Source: Bacteroidota bacterium
GTDB taxonomy: Bacteria; Bacteroidota; Bacteroidia; Chitinophagales; JADIYW01
Assembly: GCA_016705125.1 (NCBI GenBank)
Contig: JADIYW010000002.1
Span: 147,981 to 211,980, forward strand
Direction: 5' to 3'
Length of the DNA stretch: 64,000 nucleotides
Position numbers and translations under genes: made by a program. Under the pieces are notes generated by a model. That model was given only the letters and a program-made list of their open reading frames with translations. It had not been told where the DNA came from and ran no database searches. Shown here piece after piece: positions 9,486 through 19,685 of the stretch; positions within the stretch are counted from its first letter, which is position 1; every line of letters starts with the position of its first letter.

Positions 9486-10130
9486 ATGGAAAAATCATAT
9501 AATAAATTATTAAAAGGCAATAAATTATTTGCAGAAAGCAAATTATTTAATGACCCTGATTATTTTAAAAATTTATCAAAAGGGCAAACTCCTGATTACC
9601 TTTGGATTGGTTGTAGCGACAGCCGTGTGCCTGCCAATGAAATAACAAATACCCAAAGTGGTGAAATATTTGTACACCGCAACATTGCAAATTTAGTAAT
9701 TCATACTGATACTAATTTATTGAGTGTACTCGAATATGCCATAAAATATTTGGAAGTAAAACATATAATTGTTTGTGGACATTATGGTTGTGGTGGCGTG
9801 AAAGCATCAATGACTAATACCTACCATGGTTTTGTAGATAATTGGCTGAGAAACATAAAAGATGTTTACCACAAAAACAAAAGTGAACTTGAAAACATTG
9901 AAGATGAAGAACTGCGAGCCAATAGACTTACAGAATTAAATGTAATAGAGCAGGTTCGAAATTTGGCTAAAACAACTATAGTACAAGAAGCATGGACAAA
10001 AAGACCATTGCACCTTCACGGCTGGGTATATGGATTGGATTCTGGCTTGGTAAAAGATTTGAGCGTTGTCCATGACAACATGGAAGACATAGATAAAATA
10101 TATCAATTCACGTTTCCAACCAAAAATTAA
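9486..10130 (+). CDS. can: beta-class carbonic anhydrase (Can-like)
   Basis: 214 aa with CSDSRVP and GHYGCGG motifs, plus overall similarity in layout to the E. coli Can type. Confidence 0.85.
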   Translation: MEKSYNKLLKGNKLFAESKLFNDPDYFKNLSKGQTPDYLWIGCSDSRVPANEITNTQSGEIFVHRNIANLVIHTDTNLLSVLEYAIKYLEVKHIIVCGHYGCGGVKASMTNTYHGFVDNWLRNIKDVYHKNKSELENIEDEELRANRLTELNVIEQVRNLAKTTIVQEAWTKRPLHLHGWVYGLDSGLVKDLSVVHDNMEDIDKIYQFTFPTKN

Positions 10131-10207
10131 TAAAAATAACTTCTATTCTAATTTTTGTAAAAAATTAGGTATGTAATTTAAAGTACATTACCCTAATTTA
10201 GGTATTG

Positions 10208-10224
10208 TTTAGAATCATTCTAAA
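10208..10224. promoter_or_regulatory. perfect palindrome TTTAGAAT-C-ATTCTAAA upstream of the TonB-dependent receptor (candidate metalloregulator operator)
   Basis: 8-bp arms read directly. It sits immediately upstream of a GATATTTG box resembling the Bacteroidetes -7 TAnnTTTG element, about 28 nt before the receptor start. The AT-rich GAATCATTC core is Fur-box-like. Confidence 0.3.
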
Positions 10225-10251
10225 TAAGATATTTGCACCTGAATTAAAATA

Positions 10252-12945
10252 ATGGTCATGATCATCAACTTTAAATTTTACATTTTTATTTTATTAAGCA
10301 TTTTTGTTTTTAATACAAATTATGCCCAACAAGCAACTATAAGCGGCATTGTACTGAACGAAACAGACGGTAAACCCATGCAAAATGCAATTATTAGTTT
10401 GGATAGAGACAATAAGATAAATACCGACAATAAAGGTTATTTTCAATTTGAAAATGTAAAAATAGGGTCACATCAATTATATATTGATTTTTTAGGCTAT
10501 AAAATTGAAAAAATAGATATAGAGGTAACAACTGAAAATGAGAATATACAATTAGCCAATATTTTTCTAAAAAGTAGTGAAATACAAATTAGTGAGGTCG
10601 TCATTTATGCTACACAAACTAATTATAACCCTAAATATCAAGGGTCCAATATTACCATATCTTCCAAGGAAATAAAACAAATACAACCATTGGGATCTGA
10701 AGAAATTTTAAAACGAGTACCCGGTATAAATGTTTCAGGTGATATGGGTATGTCAAACAGACTAAATGTTGGAATAAGGGGTTCTTATCCACGCCGTTCA
10801 GTCAATTTATTACTTATGGAAGATGGCTCACCTATTGCACCCGCACCTTACCTAGCACCCGAAGCATACTATAATCCGCCTGCAGATAGATTGGATGGAA
10901 TTGAAATTATGAAAGGAGCTGATATATTAGCTTTTGGTAGCAATACAATGTATGGTGCTATAAATTATATTACAAAAAAACCGCCTATTAAACCAACACT
11001 TGGAATCAACCTGTCAGGTGGAAGCAACCAATACCACTCAGAATATATAACTTATGGTGGTACCTGGGACAAAGTAGGCGCTGAGATTCAAGTACTAAAT
11101 AAAAATTTTGGAGGTTTTCAGGACAATTCACAATCTCATATCTTTAATACTACGGCCAAATTATATACTGAATTCAACGCCAAATCCTCGCTTTATGTAA
11201 AACTAAATTATCATCAAGAAAAATCAAAATCAACGTACAGCGCCCTTACTCCATATAGTTTTTTAACGGATGCTAAACAAAATCCATTCGATGCCGACGA
11301 CTTATTTACTAGAAGGTATGCGGTAGATTTAATCTACAATTACAAAATAACCGATAAATTAATCCTTTCTACAAAATTATATGCAAATCAATTTCAGAGA
11401 GATTGGTGGAGACAAGAAAATACGATTATAAAAGCCTCCACTGCTGCTGCATATTTAGGAGAAGATATATATAATGATAGATATGCTTATTTGATTGGTG
11501 AAACATTTGGTGATAATGATTATTTAAGGGTAGGTAAAATCGTAAATGGAAGAGAAAGTACCAGAGCCAGAAATCGGATGTTCAGAGTTGCAGGCCTTAG
11601 TGAGACAATAAAATACAATTATGAAAAAGGAAATTTAATCATGAATATTGAAGGAAATATAAAAGGTCATTGGGAAACGTTCAATAACATAGAATTTATT
11701 AATGATTCGTCTCGATTTGCACGAAGTGGCAAATTAGACAAAGACCAATTTTATAAATTGGGTGCCTATTCTGCTTTTGTAAAAAATAGAATACAAGTAA
11801 AAAATTTAATTATTACTCCATCCTTAAGGTATGAATTTGTAAGAGTGGATGGTTTTGATAGGGTAGCAATTTCTAAAATGACTAATAATAATGGAAGTAA
11901 AAACTTTGGAGGACAAAAAAACACGTATAATAGTTTTATTCCCGGATTAACGGTTGCATATAATTTAAAAGAAGACAATAAACTAAATGTATTTGCTGGT
12001 GTTTACAAAGGCTACACCGCACCAATTGCAGATAATGCATTTCTAACTGTAGATAATGGAGTTGTGAGCACACCAACTGCTGACCAAACCATTAATAGAA
12101 AACCTGAAACAAGTATAAATTTCGAAATTGGAATAAAAGGATTACTATTTGATCAGTTTGCAAATTTTCAAGCAACATATTTCAATAATCACATTAAAAA
12201 CTACTACTCTGCAGGAAGAAATGAAGCATTTCAAACATTGGGTGCTGTAAATATCCAAGGTCTTGAAATGGGATTAAACCTAAACTTACATCAGCTATAT
12301 AATAATCAAAATCATAAATTAACAGTAAATATAGGTGTATCTATTACAAAAGGAAAAATATTAAGTGGTTTATTAAAAGATAGTGATTTACTAAAAGCCA
12401 AACATACAGATGCAACAAAACAAGAACTTATTGATAAAATAAATGGTGAAAGACCGGGATTTGATGTTTATTTTGCTAGTTCCACAGGGCAAGACAGTTT
12501 AATCTCTGGCCAAATGGCTTTAGCTGATTTTGGAAAAATAAAAAGACTAGATTTTGTATTTGGCAAAAACGGCCTAACCAATAATACCGCTCCATACATT
12601 CCATTATATTTGTTAAACTTTGGGTTTAATTACGACTATAAAGGATTTGGAGTTGGAGCAAACATTAATATTGTTGCAAAACAATATACAGATTACTTGA
12701 ACTTTAAAAATGAAACAGCCGAGGGTGCTATTGGGCAATTAAATGCATTTAATACCATTGATTTGAACCTATCCTATTCATTTGAGGCAAATAAAAACAA
12801 GTATTTAAATGGACTTAGATTATTCGTTACCGGAAAGAACATCAGTAACAGAATTTATGAATCATCCAGATTACATAGAGTTTCGTCAGGCATTATGCCC
12901 GCTGGTTTTATACAAATCAATGGTGGCGCTAACTACACCTTTTAA
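10252..12945 (+). CDS. TonB-dependent receptor with N-terminal carboxypeptidase-regulatory-like domain
   Basis: 897 aa with a signal peptide, a CarboxypepD_reg-like segment (ATISGIVLNETDGKPMQNAIISL), a plug (EEILKRVPGINVSGDMG), a long beta-barrel and a terminal aromatic residue (..GGANYTF). Confidence 0.9.
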   Translation: MVMIINFKFYIFILLSIFVFNTNYAQQATISGIVLNETDGKPMQNAIISLDRDNKINTDNKGYFQFENVKIGSHQLYIDFLGYKIEKIDIEVTTENENIQLANIFLKSSEIQISEVVIYATQTNYNPKYQGSNITISSKEIKQIQPLGSEEILKRVPGINVSGDMGMSNRLNVGIRGSYPRRSVNLLLMEDGSPIAPAPYLAPEAYYNPPADRLDGIEIMKGADILAFGSNTMYGAINYITKKPPIKPTLGINLSGGSNQYHSEYITYGGTWDKVGAEIQVLNKNFGGFQDNSQSHIFNTTAKLYTEFNAKSSLYVKLNYHQEKSKSTYSALTPYSFLTDAKQNPFDADDLFTRRYAVDLIYNYKITDKLILSTKLYANQFQRDWWRQENTIIKASTAAAYLGEDIYNDRYAYLIGETFGDNDYLRVGKIVNGRESTRARNRMFRVAGLSETIKYNYEKGNLIMNIEGNIKGHWETFNNIEFINDSSRFARSGKLDKDQFYKLGAYSAFVKNRIQVKNLIITPSLRYEFVRVDGFDRVAISKMTNNNGSKNFGGQKNTYNSFIPGLTVAYNLKEDNKLNVFAGVYKGYTAPIADNAFLTVDNGVVSTPTADQTINRKPETSINFEIGIKGLLFDQFANFQATYFNNHIKNYYSAGRNEAFQTLGAVNIQGLEMGLNLNLHQLYNNQNHKLTVNIGVSITKGKILSGLLKDSDLLKAKHTDATKQELIDKINGERPGFDVYFASSTGQDSLISGQMALADFGKIKRLDFVFGKNGLTNNTAPYIPLYLLNFGFNYDYKGFGVGANINIVAKQYTDYLNFKNETAEGAIGQLNAFNTIDLNLSYSFEANKNKYLNGLRLFVTGKNISNRIYESSRLHRVSSGIMPAGFIQINGGANYTF

Positions 12946-12955
12946 TCAAAAAAAT

Positions 12956-13666
12956 ATGCAATTTAAATTACAAAAAGCAAACGAAAGAGGAACTGCCGAC
13001 CATGGATGGCTGAAGGCAAAACATAGCTTTAGTTTTGCATCCTATTACCATCCCGAAAAAATGAATTTCGGCGCTTTAAGCGTGTTAAACGATGATATTA
13101 TTGCAGGTGGAATGGGATTTGGTATGCACCCACACGACAATATGGAAATTATAACTATACCTCTTGAAGGAGCACTTGAACATAAAGATAGCATTGGAAA
13201 TATTGGCTATATTGAAGCTGGTGATGTACAAGTAATGAGTGCTGGAACGGGAATTAGGCATAGTGAATACAATAAAAATAAAGATAAATTCCTCAAATTA
13301 TTCCAAATATGGATAATGCCAAACGTACGTAATGTCCCACCTCGATATGACCAAATTAGTTTAAACCTTGAAGAAAGACATAATAAATTACAACAAATCA
13401 TTTCGCCTAATAAGAATGAAGATGGCATTTGGATACATCAAAATGCTTGGATACATATTGCAAAATTTGATGCTAATTTACAAACGCAATACACTTTAAA
13501 ATCAAAAGATAATGGAATTTACCTTCTAAATATTAGTGGCGAAATAGGTGTCCTTGATCAATTACTTGAATCTAGGGATGCTATCGCCATTACAAATAAA
13601 GAAGAAATTGAAATAAAGGCAATCACCGATGCAGAATTTTTAATTATAGAAGTGCCTATGATTTAA
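12956..13666 (+). CDS. pirin-family protein
   Basis: Start chosen at the ATG at 12956 (MQFKLQKANERGTADHGWLKAKHSFSFASYY). The cupin metal motif HPHDNMEIITIPLEGALEH is present. The longer track ORF from 12809 overlaps the receptor gene. Confidence 0.85.
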   Translation: MQFKLQKANERGTADHGWLKAKHSFSFASYYHPEKMNFGALSVLNDDIIAGGMGFGMHPHDNMEIITIPLEGALEHKDSIGNIGYIEAGDVQVMSAGTGIRHSEYNKNKDKFLKLFQIWIMPNVRNVPPRYDQISLNLEERHNKLQQIISPNKNEDGIWIHQNAWIHIAKFDANLQTQYTLKSKDNGIYLLNISGEIGVLDQLLESRDAIAITNKEEIEIKAITDAEFLIIEVPMI

Positions 13667-13680
13667 TAACAAATATCATT

Positions 13681-14388
13681 TTATCTATGACAACAATTCA
13701 CCGTTTCATCCATTAATGATGGTGATATATAAGGAATACCAAGGTTCATACCTCGAATAATAAGTAAAATAGCCATTCCCATAATTAAATATGGTGTGAC
13801 AGCATTTATTTTTAATCGAATATTTTGAGATAAAAATTTACCAAAATACATCAACAAAACCATTACCGGAATTGTACCTAAACCAAAACCGAACATCAAA
13901 AGACTACTTTTAAAAACACTTCCGGTGGCAATAGCAGCTGCAATAGCAACATATACCAAACCACAAGGCAAAAACCCATTTAAAATACCAATAAACAAAT
14001 AAGATAAAACTGATTTTTCTGATTTCAAATAAACACCCAATTGGTTTTTTATTTTGCTAGTGAAACGATAAAAAATAGCAAAATTCACTTTCCCAAATCT
14101 TTGATTCAGAAAAAGCAAAAGCAATAAAACACCTGAAAAAATAGATAAAAATTGTTGTATTTTAAAAAATGTAAAAGTACTTCCTATTAATCCAAATAGC
14201 ATTCCAAAAATTGCATAGGAAATAGATCTTCCAATATTGTATAATAAAACAGAAACTAATTTCTCTGCTTGCTGAAATTGATGAATTGGCAACGATAATG
14301 CAATTGGACCACACATGCCAATACAATGAAAACTACCAAATAAACCTATTCCGTATCCTGATAATAAAACAAAAAGCCATTCTTGCAT
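13681..14388 (-). CDS. TauE/SafE-like (DsbD_2-type) membrane protein of the cbb3 maturation cluster
   Basis: 235 aa, polytopic, with an HCIGMCGPI motif. Its start overlaps the FixH stop by 1 nt. Confidence 0.7.
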   Translation of the reverse strand: MQEWLFVLLSGYGIGLFGSFHCIGMCGPIALSLPIHQFQQAEKLVSVLLYNIGRSISYAIFGMLFGLIGSTFTFFKIQQFLSIFSGVLLLLLFLNQRFGKVNFAIFYRFTSKIKNQLGVYLKSEKSVLSYLFIGILNGFLPCGLVYVAIAAAIATGSVFKSSLLMFGFGLGTIPVMVLLMYFGKFLSQNIRLKINAVTPYLIMGMAILLIIRGMNLGIPYISPSLMDETVNCCHR

Positions 14389-14825
14389 TAATCCAAAATC
14401 AATTTTTCGGTTCTATAATACATCGTTTTTTCATTATACCATTCCACTCGAGCTGTAAAAGAACCTTTTCCAAATTTATTCTTTTCAATATTATAAACAC
14501 CTAAACTATCTGGAACAAAAGAAACTCGAATATCTTTACTTTGGTCATCATTTTTAAGAAACTCAATTTTACCGTTATTAAACTTTTGCACCAAATTAAT
14601 TGGCAGTTTAATTGAAATTATTGATTCATTTTGAGTGAAAATTTTCTGATTAGATGCATCATTCAACCTACGAGATGCATCAATCAATAACTGATATTTT
14701 GTTTCTTTTTCATAATAATTATTATCTATTAATTCATTATTCTGTTGAAATGCAATGTAAACCATGCCAAACATTATCAAAACGAATGCAATAATTACTA
14801 ATAATATTTTATGTCCCCAATTCAT
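14388..14825 (-). CDS. ccoH: FixH/CcoH-family protein
   Basis: 145 aa with a single N-terminal TM helix then a beta-rich domain. Its position directly after ccoG is typical of FixH. Confidence 0.7.
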   Translation of the reverse strand: MNWGHKILLVIIAFVLIMFGMVYIAFQQNNELIDNNYYEKETKYQLLIDASRRLNDASNQKIFTQNESIISIKLPINLVQKFNNGKIEFLKNDDQSKDIRVSFVPDSLGVYNIEKNKFGKGSFTARVEWYNEKTMYYRTEKLILD

Positions 14826-14837
14826 GTTTTTTTTTAT

Positions 14838-16241
14838 TTAAATAAATGGCCCTAAAAATTTAGTCTTTATGGTCTGAATTTTTTCACCATCTTTATATAC
14901 TCCTATTTTAATCGATGTACTTCTCTTTTTTATTTCTTTTTTAGGTATTTCAAGAAAAAATGTTCTTTCATTAACGGTTTCACTTTTAAGTACAATTTCT
15001 TTATCACCTACAAGCTTCACCGACCCCTCCAATTCCTCCAATTTTAGGGTGATTGGCACCTTGTATTTTGTTTTATTTATAATTTTAGCATCAAACAAAT
15101 TGCTGAGTTTGTCCTCTCCCACTTCCTGATAAAGTGGTCCTTTAACTCGAGCAATAAATGTATCAATCGTTTTTCGAGTTGCAACTAATGTCATCATAAA
15201 GATAAACAAAATCAACAACAATCCAGTATATGCTTTTATTCTGGCATTAAATACAAACTTTTTTCCAGTTGTTATTTCATTTTCAGAAGCATACCTAATA
15301 AGCCCCTTTTCAAAATGAACTGTTTCCATCACTTCATCACAAGCATCTATACATGCAGTACATCCGACACATTCCATTTGAAGCCCATTTCTAATATCAA
15401 TTCCTGTAGGACAAACCTGAACACATTTCATGCAATTAATACAATCACCTTCTTTTCTTTCTTCATTTTTATGCAATTTACCTCTTGGCTCCCCTCTATT
15501 ATAATCATATGAAATTTGCATGGTATCCTTGTCAAACATTACACCTTGTAAACGTCCATAAGGGCAAATGGTTGTGCAAACTATTTCACGTACAAATGCA
15601 AAAACTCCATAAAAAAGATAGGTAAAAATAATTAACCCCGAAAGTAATCCAATATGTTCAGTTACGGGCTCTTTGATTACCTTAATCACTTCATCAATAC
15701 CTAATACATAAGATAAAAATGTGTGGGCAATTACAAATGAGATAAAAAAGTATATGAAATGCTTAAGGGATTTTTTCAAAATCCATTCCTTTGTCCACTT
15801 ATTGGCGTTTAATTTCTTTTGTTGGCTAGGCGTTCCTTCTATCAACCATTCAATTGGCCGAAAGACAAATTCTAAAAAGACTGTTTGTGGGCAAACCCAC
15901 CCACAAAACAATCTTCCAAAAACCACCGTAAACAAAACAATAAAAACAATAAATGTAATCATTGCTACAGCAAAAATAAAAAAATCTTGTGGCCAAAATA
16001 TCTTTGTAAATAATATAAACTTCCCTTTGGGGACATTAATCATCAGAAAAGGCAATCCATTTACTTTTATAAATGGCATTATAAAAAATATAGCCAAATA
16101 AAAATATGCCAATACTTTACGATAGTTGAACCATTTACCTTTAGGCTTTAAGGCATATACCCAATTGCGCCCACCAGTTTTGTTAACGGTACTTACCCTA
16201 TCTCTATAGGTCTCAGCATGTAATAAATCCTCTTCTTTCAA
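14838..16241 (-). CDS. ccoG: cytochrome c oxidase accessory protein CcoG (4Fe-4S ferredoxin-type)
   Basis: 467 aa with TM helices plus two ferredoxin Cys clusters, CINCMKCVQVCP and CVGCTACIDACD. Confidence 0.9.
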   Translation of the reverse strand: MKEEDLLHAETYRDRVSTVNKTGGRNWVYALKPKGKWFNYRKVLAYFYLAIFFIMPFIKVNGLPFLMINVPKGKFILFTKIFWPQDFFIFAVAMITFIVFIVLFTVVFGRLFCGWVCPQTVFLEFVFRPIEWLIEGTPSQQKKLNANKWTKEWILKKSLKHFIYFFISFVIAHTFLSYVLGIDEVIKVIKEPVTEHIGLLSGLIIFTYLFYGVFAFVREIVCTTICPYGRLQGVMFDKDTMQISYDYNRGEPRGKLHKNEERKEGDCINCMKCVQVCPTGIDIRNGLQMECVGCTACIDACDEVMETVHFEKGLIRYASENEITTGKKFVFNARIKAYTGLLLILFIFMMTLVATRKTIDTFIARVKGPLYQEVGEDKLSNLFDAKIINKTKYKVPITLKLEELEGSVKLVGDKEIVLKSETVNERTFFLEIPKKEIKKRSTSIKIGVYKDGEKIQTIKTKFLGPFI

Positions 16242-16244
16242 TGT

Positions 16245-17396
16245 TTATTCTTTTATATTTAAAGAATCTTTACTTGTATTTCCTGCAGGTGCTTGCTCAG
16301 CATATTTATCACCTTGAGGCTCTTTTCCACCAGCTACATTGGTACCCTTTATTGAATTAATATAACTTGCAATCTCTGCAATTTGATTAGGAGAAAATTG
16401 ATTTTCCCATGCAATCATACCTTTTTCTTGCCAACCATATTTTATAATTTTAAAAATATCCTTGATATCTCCTCCATGAATCCAATAATCATCTGTTAGG
16501 TTAGGCCCAACCCCTCCTTTCATACTCTGTCCATTTGGTCCATGACAAGAGGAACAATAAGCACCAAAAACTGCTCTTCCCTTTGCTATTTCGCTACTGC
16601 CAAGCATTACAACGGTGTTTTCATCTACGGAATTGCCTTCCTTGCTTAACATTGCAGCCTTCTCTATTTCTGCTTGTTCCATCTCAGCATTAAATTCTTC
16701 AATTTGTAATGGTGCCGATTTACTTATGTGGTAAACATATAAATAAACTATTGCAAACAAAATTGAAGCAAGAAATCCAAATTTAAACCAAGGCGGTGTT
16801 ATATTATCCAATTCTCTGATTCCATCATAATTATGTCCAGTATCGATAGTATCCTCTTCATCTAATGCTTTAAAATTATTCGCCTTACGCCATTGAAGGG
16901 CAAGCCAACTTTCTTTTGCTACTTCCTTTGAACTTTCTGTTTTTGGTTTTGCAATATTTAGCAATTTGTTTATTTGTCCTAAAAAATAAACCATTATCAA
17001 AATCTCCAAAACAATTATACTTATTATGCAATATGTAATAAAACTTGTGGAGCTTGCTGGCGCAGTATTGGCAGCTACTTGTGCATTTGCGATTTGAGAA
17101 AAACTAAATAGCAATAAAAAAGTTCCAATACCCTTTCCTAAGTCTTTGCTTTTCTGACCTATATTCCATTTAACCATCGACAAATAGGTATTCGCCAATA
17201 AAAACAATGGTAACAGCAAAATAAATGCTATCGCTATTAAAGTTGAATTCATATCCCAACTGCCACCAGAAGTTGCTGCTGTAGTATTGGCAAGCTCCCC
17301 TTGTGCAATAAGAAAAGAAGGTGTGAAAATTGTTGCCATAATGGCAACAATTTTCTTTAAATTATTTATCCTCATTTGCTTTATTTTAATTGTCAT
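16245..17396 (-). CDS. ccoP: cbb3-type cytochrome c oxidase subunit III-like (CcoP, mono-haem, extended N-terminus)
   Basis: 383 aa with a FixP N-terminal signature (HNYDGIRELDNITPPWF) and one CxxCH site (CSSCH). It has an extra N-terminal membrane region. Confidence 0.8.
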   Translation of the reverse strand: MTIKIKQMRINNLKKIVAIMATIFTPSFLIAQGELANTTAATSGGSWDMNSTLIAIAFILLLPLFLLANTYLSMVKWNIGQKSKDLGKGIGTFLLLFSFSQIANAQVAANTAPASSTSFITYCIISIIVLEILIMVYFLGQINKLLNIAKPKTESSKEVAKESWLALQWRKANNFKALDEEDTIDTGHNYDGIRELDNITPPWFKFGFLASILFAIVYLYVYHISKSAPLQIEEFNAEMEQAEIEKAAMLSKEGNSVDENTVVMLGSSEIAKGRAVFGAYCSSCHGPNGQSMKGGVGPNLTDDYWIHGGDIKDIFKIIKYGWQEKGMIAWENQFSPNQIAEIASYINSIKGTNVAGGKEPQGDKYAEQAPAGNTSKDSLNIKE

Positions 17397-17550
17397 CTAA
17401 TGGAAGATTTTCAATCCTCTTTAATTCATTTCTGTCAATACTATATATCCAAAGTGTGGCTATAATAAAAAATGCCACAAACATAACCAAGGAAATTAAT
17501 GGGTAAATACCCACCCCTGTAATTTGTTCCAAATACGTTGAAAATTTCAT
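17386..17550 (-). CDS. ccoQ: CcoQ/FixQ-like small membrane subunit
   Basis: 54-aa ORF not in the track: MKFSTYLEQITGVGIYPLISLVMFVAFFIIATLWIYSIDRNELKRIENLPLDDN. It has a single TM helix, lies between ccoNO and ccoP, and overlaps the ccoP start by 11 nt. Confidence 0.65.
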   Translation of the reverse strand: MKFSTYLEQITGVGIYPLISLVMFVAFFIIATLWIYSIDRNELKRIENLPLDDN

Positions 17551-17555
17551 AATAA

Positions 17556-19685
17556 TTAATTTTGTGTTTTACCTTCTAATTTAATATCTGTCCCTAACCT
17601 TTGCAAATAAGCTATGATCGCTATGATTTCTTTATTACTCACAATCTCAATATCATTCTTTTTCAAATCCTCGGTAATAGATTTGGCTTGCTTTTCTAAA
17701 TCTGCGTTAGCAATGGCTTCATACCCTTTTGGATATGGCACGCCAATCATACGCATTGCATGAATTTTTGAATTGGTACTTGCCATATCAATTTCCTTTT
17801 CATATAAAAATGGATAAGGAGGCATTACTGACCCAGGTGCCATTGCACTTGGTTCAATCATGTGATTAAAATGCCATGAATTGCCATACTTACCACCAAT
17901 TCTCGCCAAATCAGGGCCAGTACGCTTACTTCCCCATTGGAAAGGGTGATCGTAAACAAATTCTCCTGCCTTTGAATATTCACCGTACCTGCTTACTTCG
18001 TACCTAAATGGTCGAATCATTTGTGAATGGCAATTATAACATCCCTCTCGTATATAAATATCCCTGCCTTGCAATTCCAATGGTGTGTATGGTTTTACCG
18101 ATGTTATTGTAGGTATATTCTCTTTAACCAAAAAGGTAGGAATCAATTCGATTATACCACCCAATGCCACCACTATCAAACTTAATACAAGCAATAATAT
18201 TGGTTTTCTCTCAATAAAACTATGCCAAATTGAAGACGCTGGTGCTTTATAAGCCTTCACTAATGCTGGAGCTTCGGCTTCTTCAGTTGCCAAAAATTGA
18301 CCAGACTTAGCTGTTTTAACTAAATTATAAACCATTATAATAACACCTACCAAATAAATAGTACCACCCAAGGCACGTAGTATATAAAAAGGAACTACGG
18401 TTTGCACGATATCTATAAATTGATATTGTAATTGTCCCTCAGGCGTAAATGCCTTCATCAGAAAATAAGATCGAAAAGCACTCCAATACATAGGAACTGC
18501 ATAAAGGATAATACCCAAAGTGCCTATCCAAAAATGCGTAGCTGCCAATTTTTTAGAGAATAAATTCGTTTTAAATAATTTTGGAAACAACCAATACATC
18601 ATTCCAAATGTTAAAAAACCATTCCACCCCAAGGCGCCTATATGCACGTGTGCTATTGTCCAATCACTATAATGTGAAATAGCATTTACATTTTTCAAAG
18701 ACAACATTGGCCCTTCAAATGTAGACATACCATAGCAAGTAACAGCAACGACAAAAAATTTCAAAATAGGATCTTCACGCACTTTATCCCAAGCTCCTCT
18801 TAAAGTAAAAAGTCCATTTAGCATTCCACCCCAACTAGGCAAAAGAAGCATGATTGAAAAAACGGTACCCAAAGACTGCGCCCAATCTGGCAAAGCTGTA
18901 TATAATAAATGGTGAGGACCTGCCCAAATATAAAGAAAAATCAAACTCCAAAAGTGCACAATACTTAATCGATATGAATAAACAGGACGATTAGCAGCCT
19001 TCGGTAGAAAATAATACATTAATCCCAAATAGGGTGTTGTTAAAAAGAATGCCACCGCATTATGACCATACCACCATTGCACCAATGCATCTTGTACGCC
19101 GGCATACATAGAGTAACTTTTCATAAATGAAACCGGAATCTCCATTGAATTAACAATATGTAACATGGCAACAGTTACCCAAGAGGCTATAAAAAACCAA
19201 ATGGCTACATATAAATGACGCTCCCTACGGGTAAGGATAGTTCCAAACATGTTGATACCAAAAACCACCCAAATAAGGGTAATTAAAATATCAATAGGCC
19301 ATTCCAATTCAGCATATTCCTTTCCGGTGGTGAATCCCATTAGAAGCGAAACTGCGGCACATACAATGATAAATTGCCAACCCCAAAAATGAATGCTTCC
19401 TAATGTTTTATTCCACATCGGGGTTTTTAGTAACCATGGGATTGCATAATAAACTGCAGTAAAAATACCATTCCCCACAAATGCAAAAATAACTGCATTG
19501 GTATGTACTGGTCGTAATCTTCCAAATGCGAGATGAGGAAAATATTCACTCAAATTTAGCACCGGAAACGCCAATTGAAATGCCGCAATAACACCTAGCA
19601 ACATACCAACTACTCCCCAAAATATACATGCAATTGCAAAATATTTTGGGAGCTTGTTGTCGTAATAAAATTTTTCTATACTCAT
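17556..19685 (-). CDS. ccoNO: cbb3-type cytochrome c oxidase, fused subunits I and II (CcoN-CcoO)
   Basis: 709 aa. The N-terminal ~470 aa is a haem-copper oxidase subunit I with conserved His-rich helices. The C-terminal part carries the CcoO haem c site CYNCHSQMIRPF. Confidence 0.95.
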   Translation of the reverse strand: MSIEKFYYDNKLPKYFAIACIFWGVVGMLLGVIAAFQLAFPVLNLSEYFPHLAFGRLRPVHTNAVIFAFVGNGIFTAVYYAIPWLLKTPMWNKTLGSIHFWGWQFIIVCAAVSLLMGFTTGKEYAELEWPIDILITLIWVVFGINMFGTILTRRERHLYVAIWFFIASWVTVAMLHIVNSMEIPVSFMKSYSMYAGVQDALVQWWYGHNAVAFFLTTPYLGLMYYFLPKAANRPVYSYRLSIVHFWSLIFLYIWAGPHHLLYTALPDWAQSLGTVFSIMLLLPSWGGMLNGLFTLRGAWDKVREDPILKFFVVAVTCYGMSTFEGPMLSLKNVNAISHYSDWTIAHVHIGALGWNGFLTFGMMYWLFPKLFKTNLFSKKLAATHFWIGTLGIILYAVPMYWSAFRSYFLMKAFTPEGQLQYQFIDIVQTVVPFYILRALGGTIYLVGVIIMVYNLVKTAKSGQFLATEEAEAPALVKAYKAPASSIWHSFIERKPILLLVLSLIVVALGGIIELIPTFLVKENIPTITSVKPYTPLELQGRDIYIREGCYNCHSQMIRPFRYEVSRYGEYSKAGEFVYDHPFQWGSKRTGPDLARIGGKYGNSWHFNHMIEPSAMAPGSVMPPYPFLYEKEIDMASTNSKIHAMRMIGVPYPKGYEAIANADLEKQAKSITEDLKKNDIEIVSNKEIIAIIAYLQRLGTDIKLEGKTQN

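Noticed and set aside
12809-12955. N-terminal 49-codon extension of the pirin ORF
   Set aside because: The extension overlaps the last 137 nt of the TonB-dependent receptor gene. The pirin similarity begins at the ATG at 12956, just after the receptor stop.
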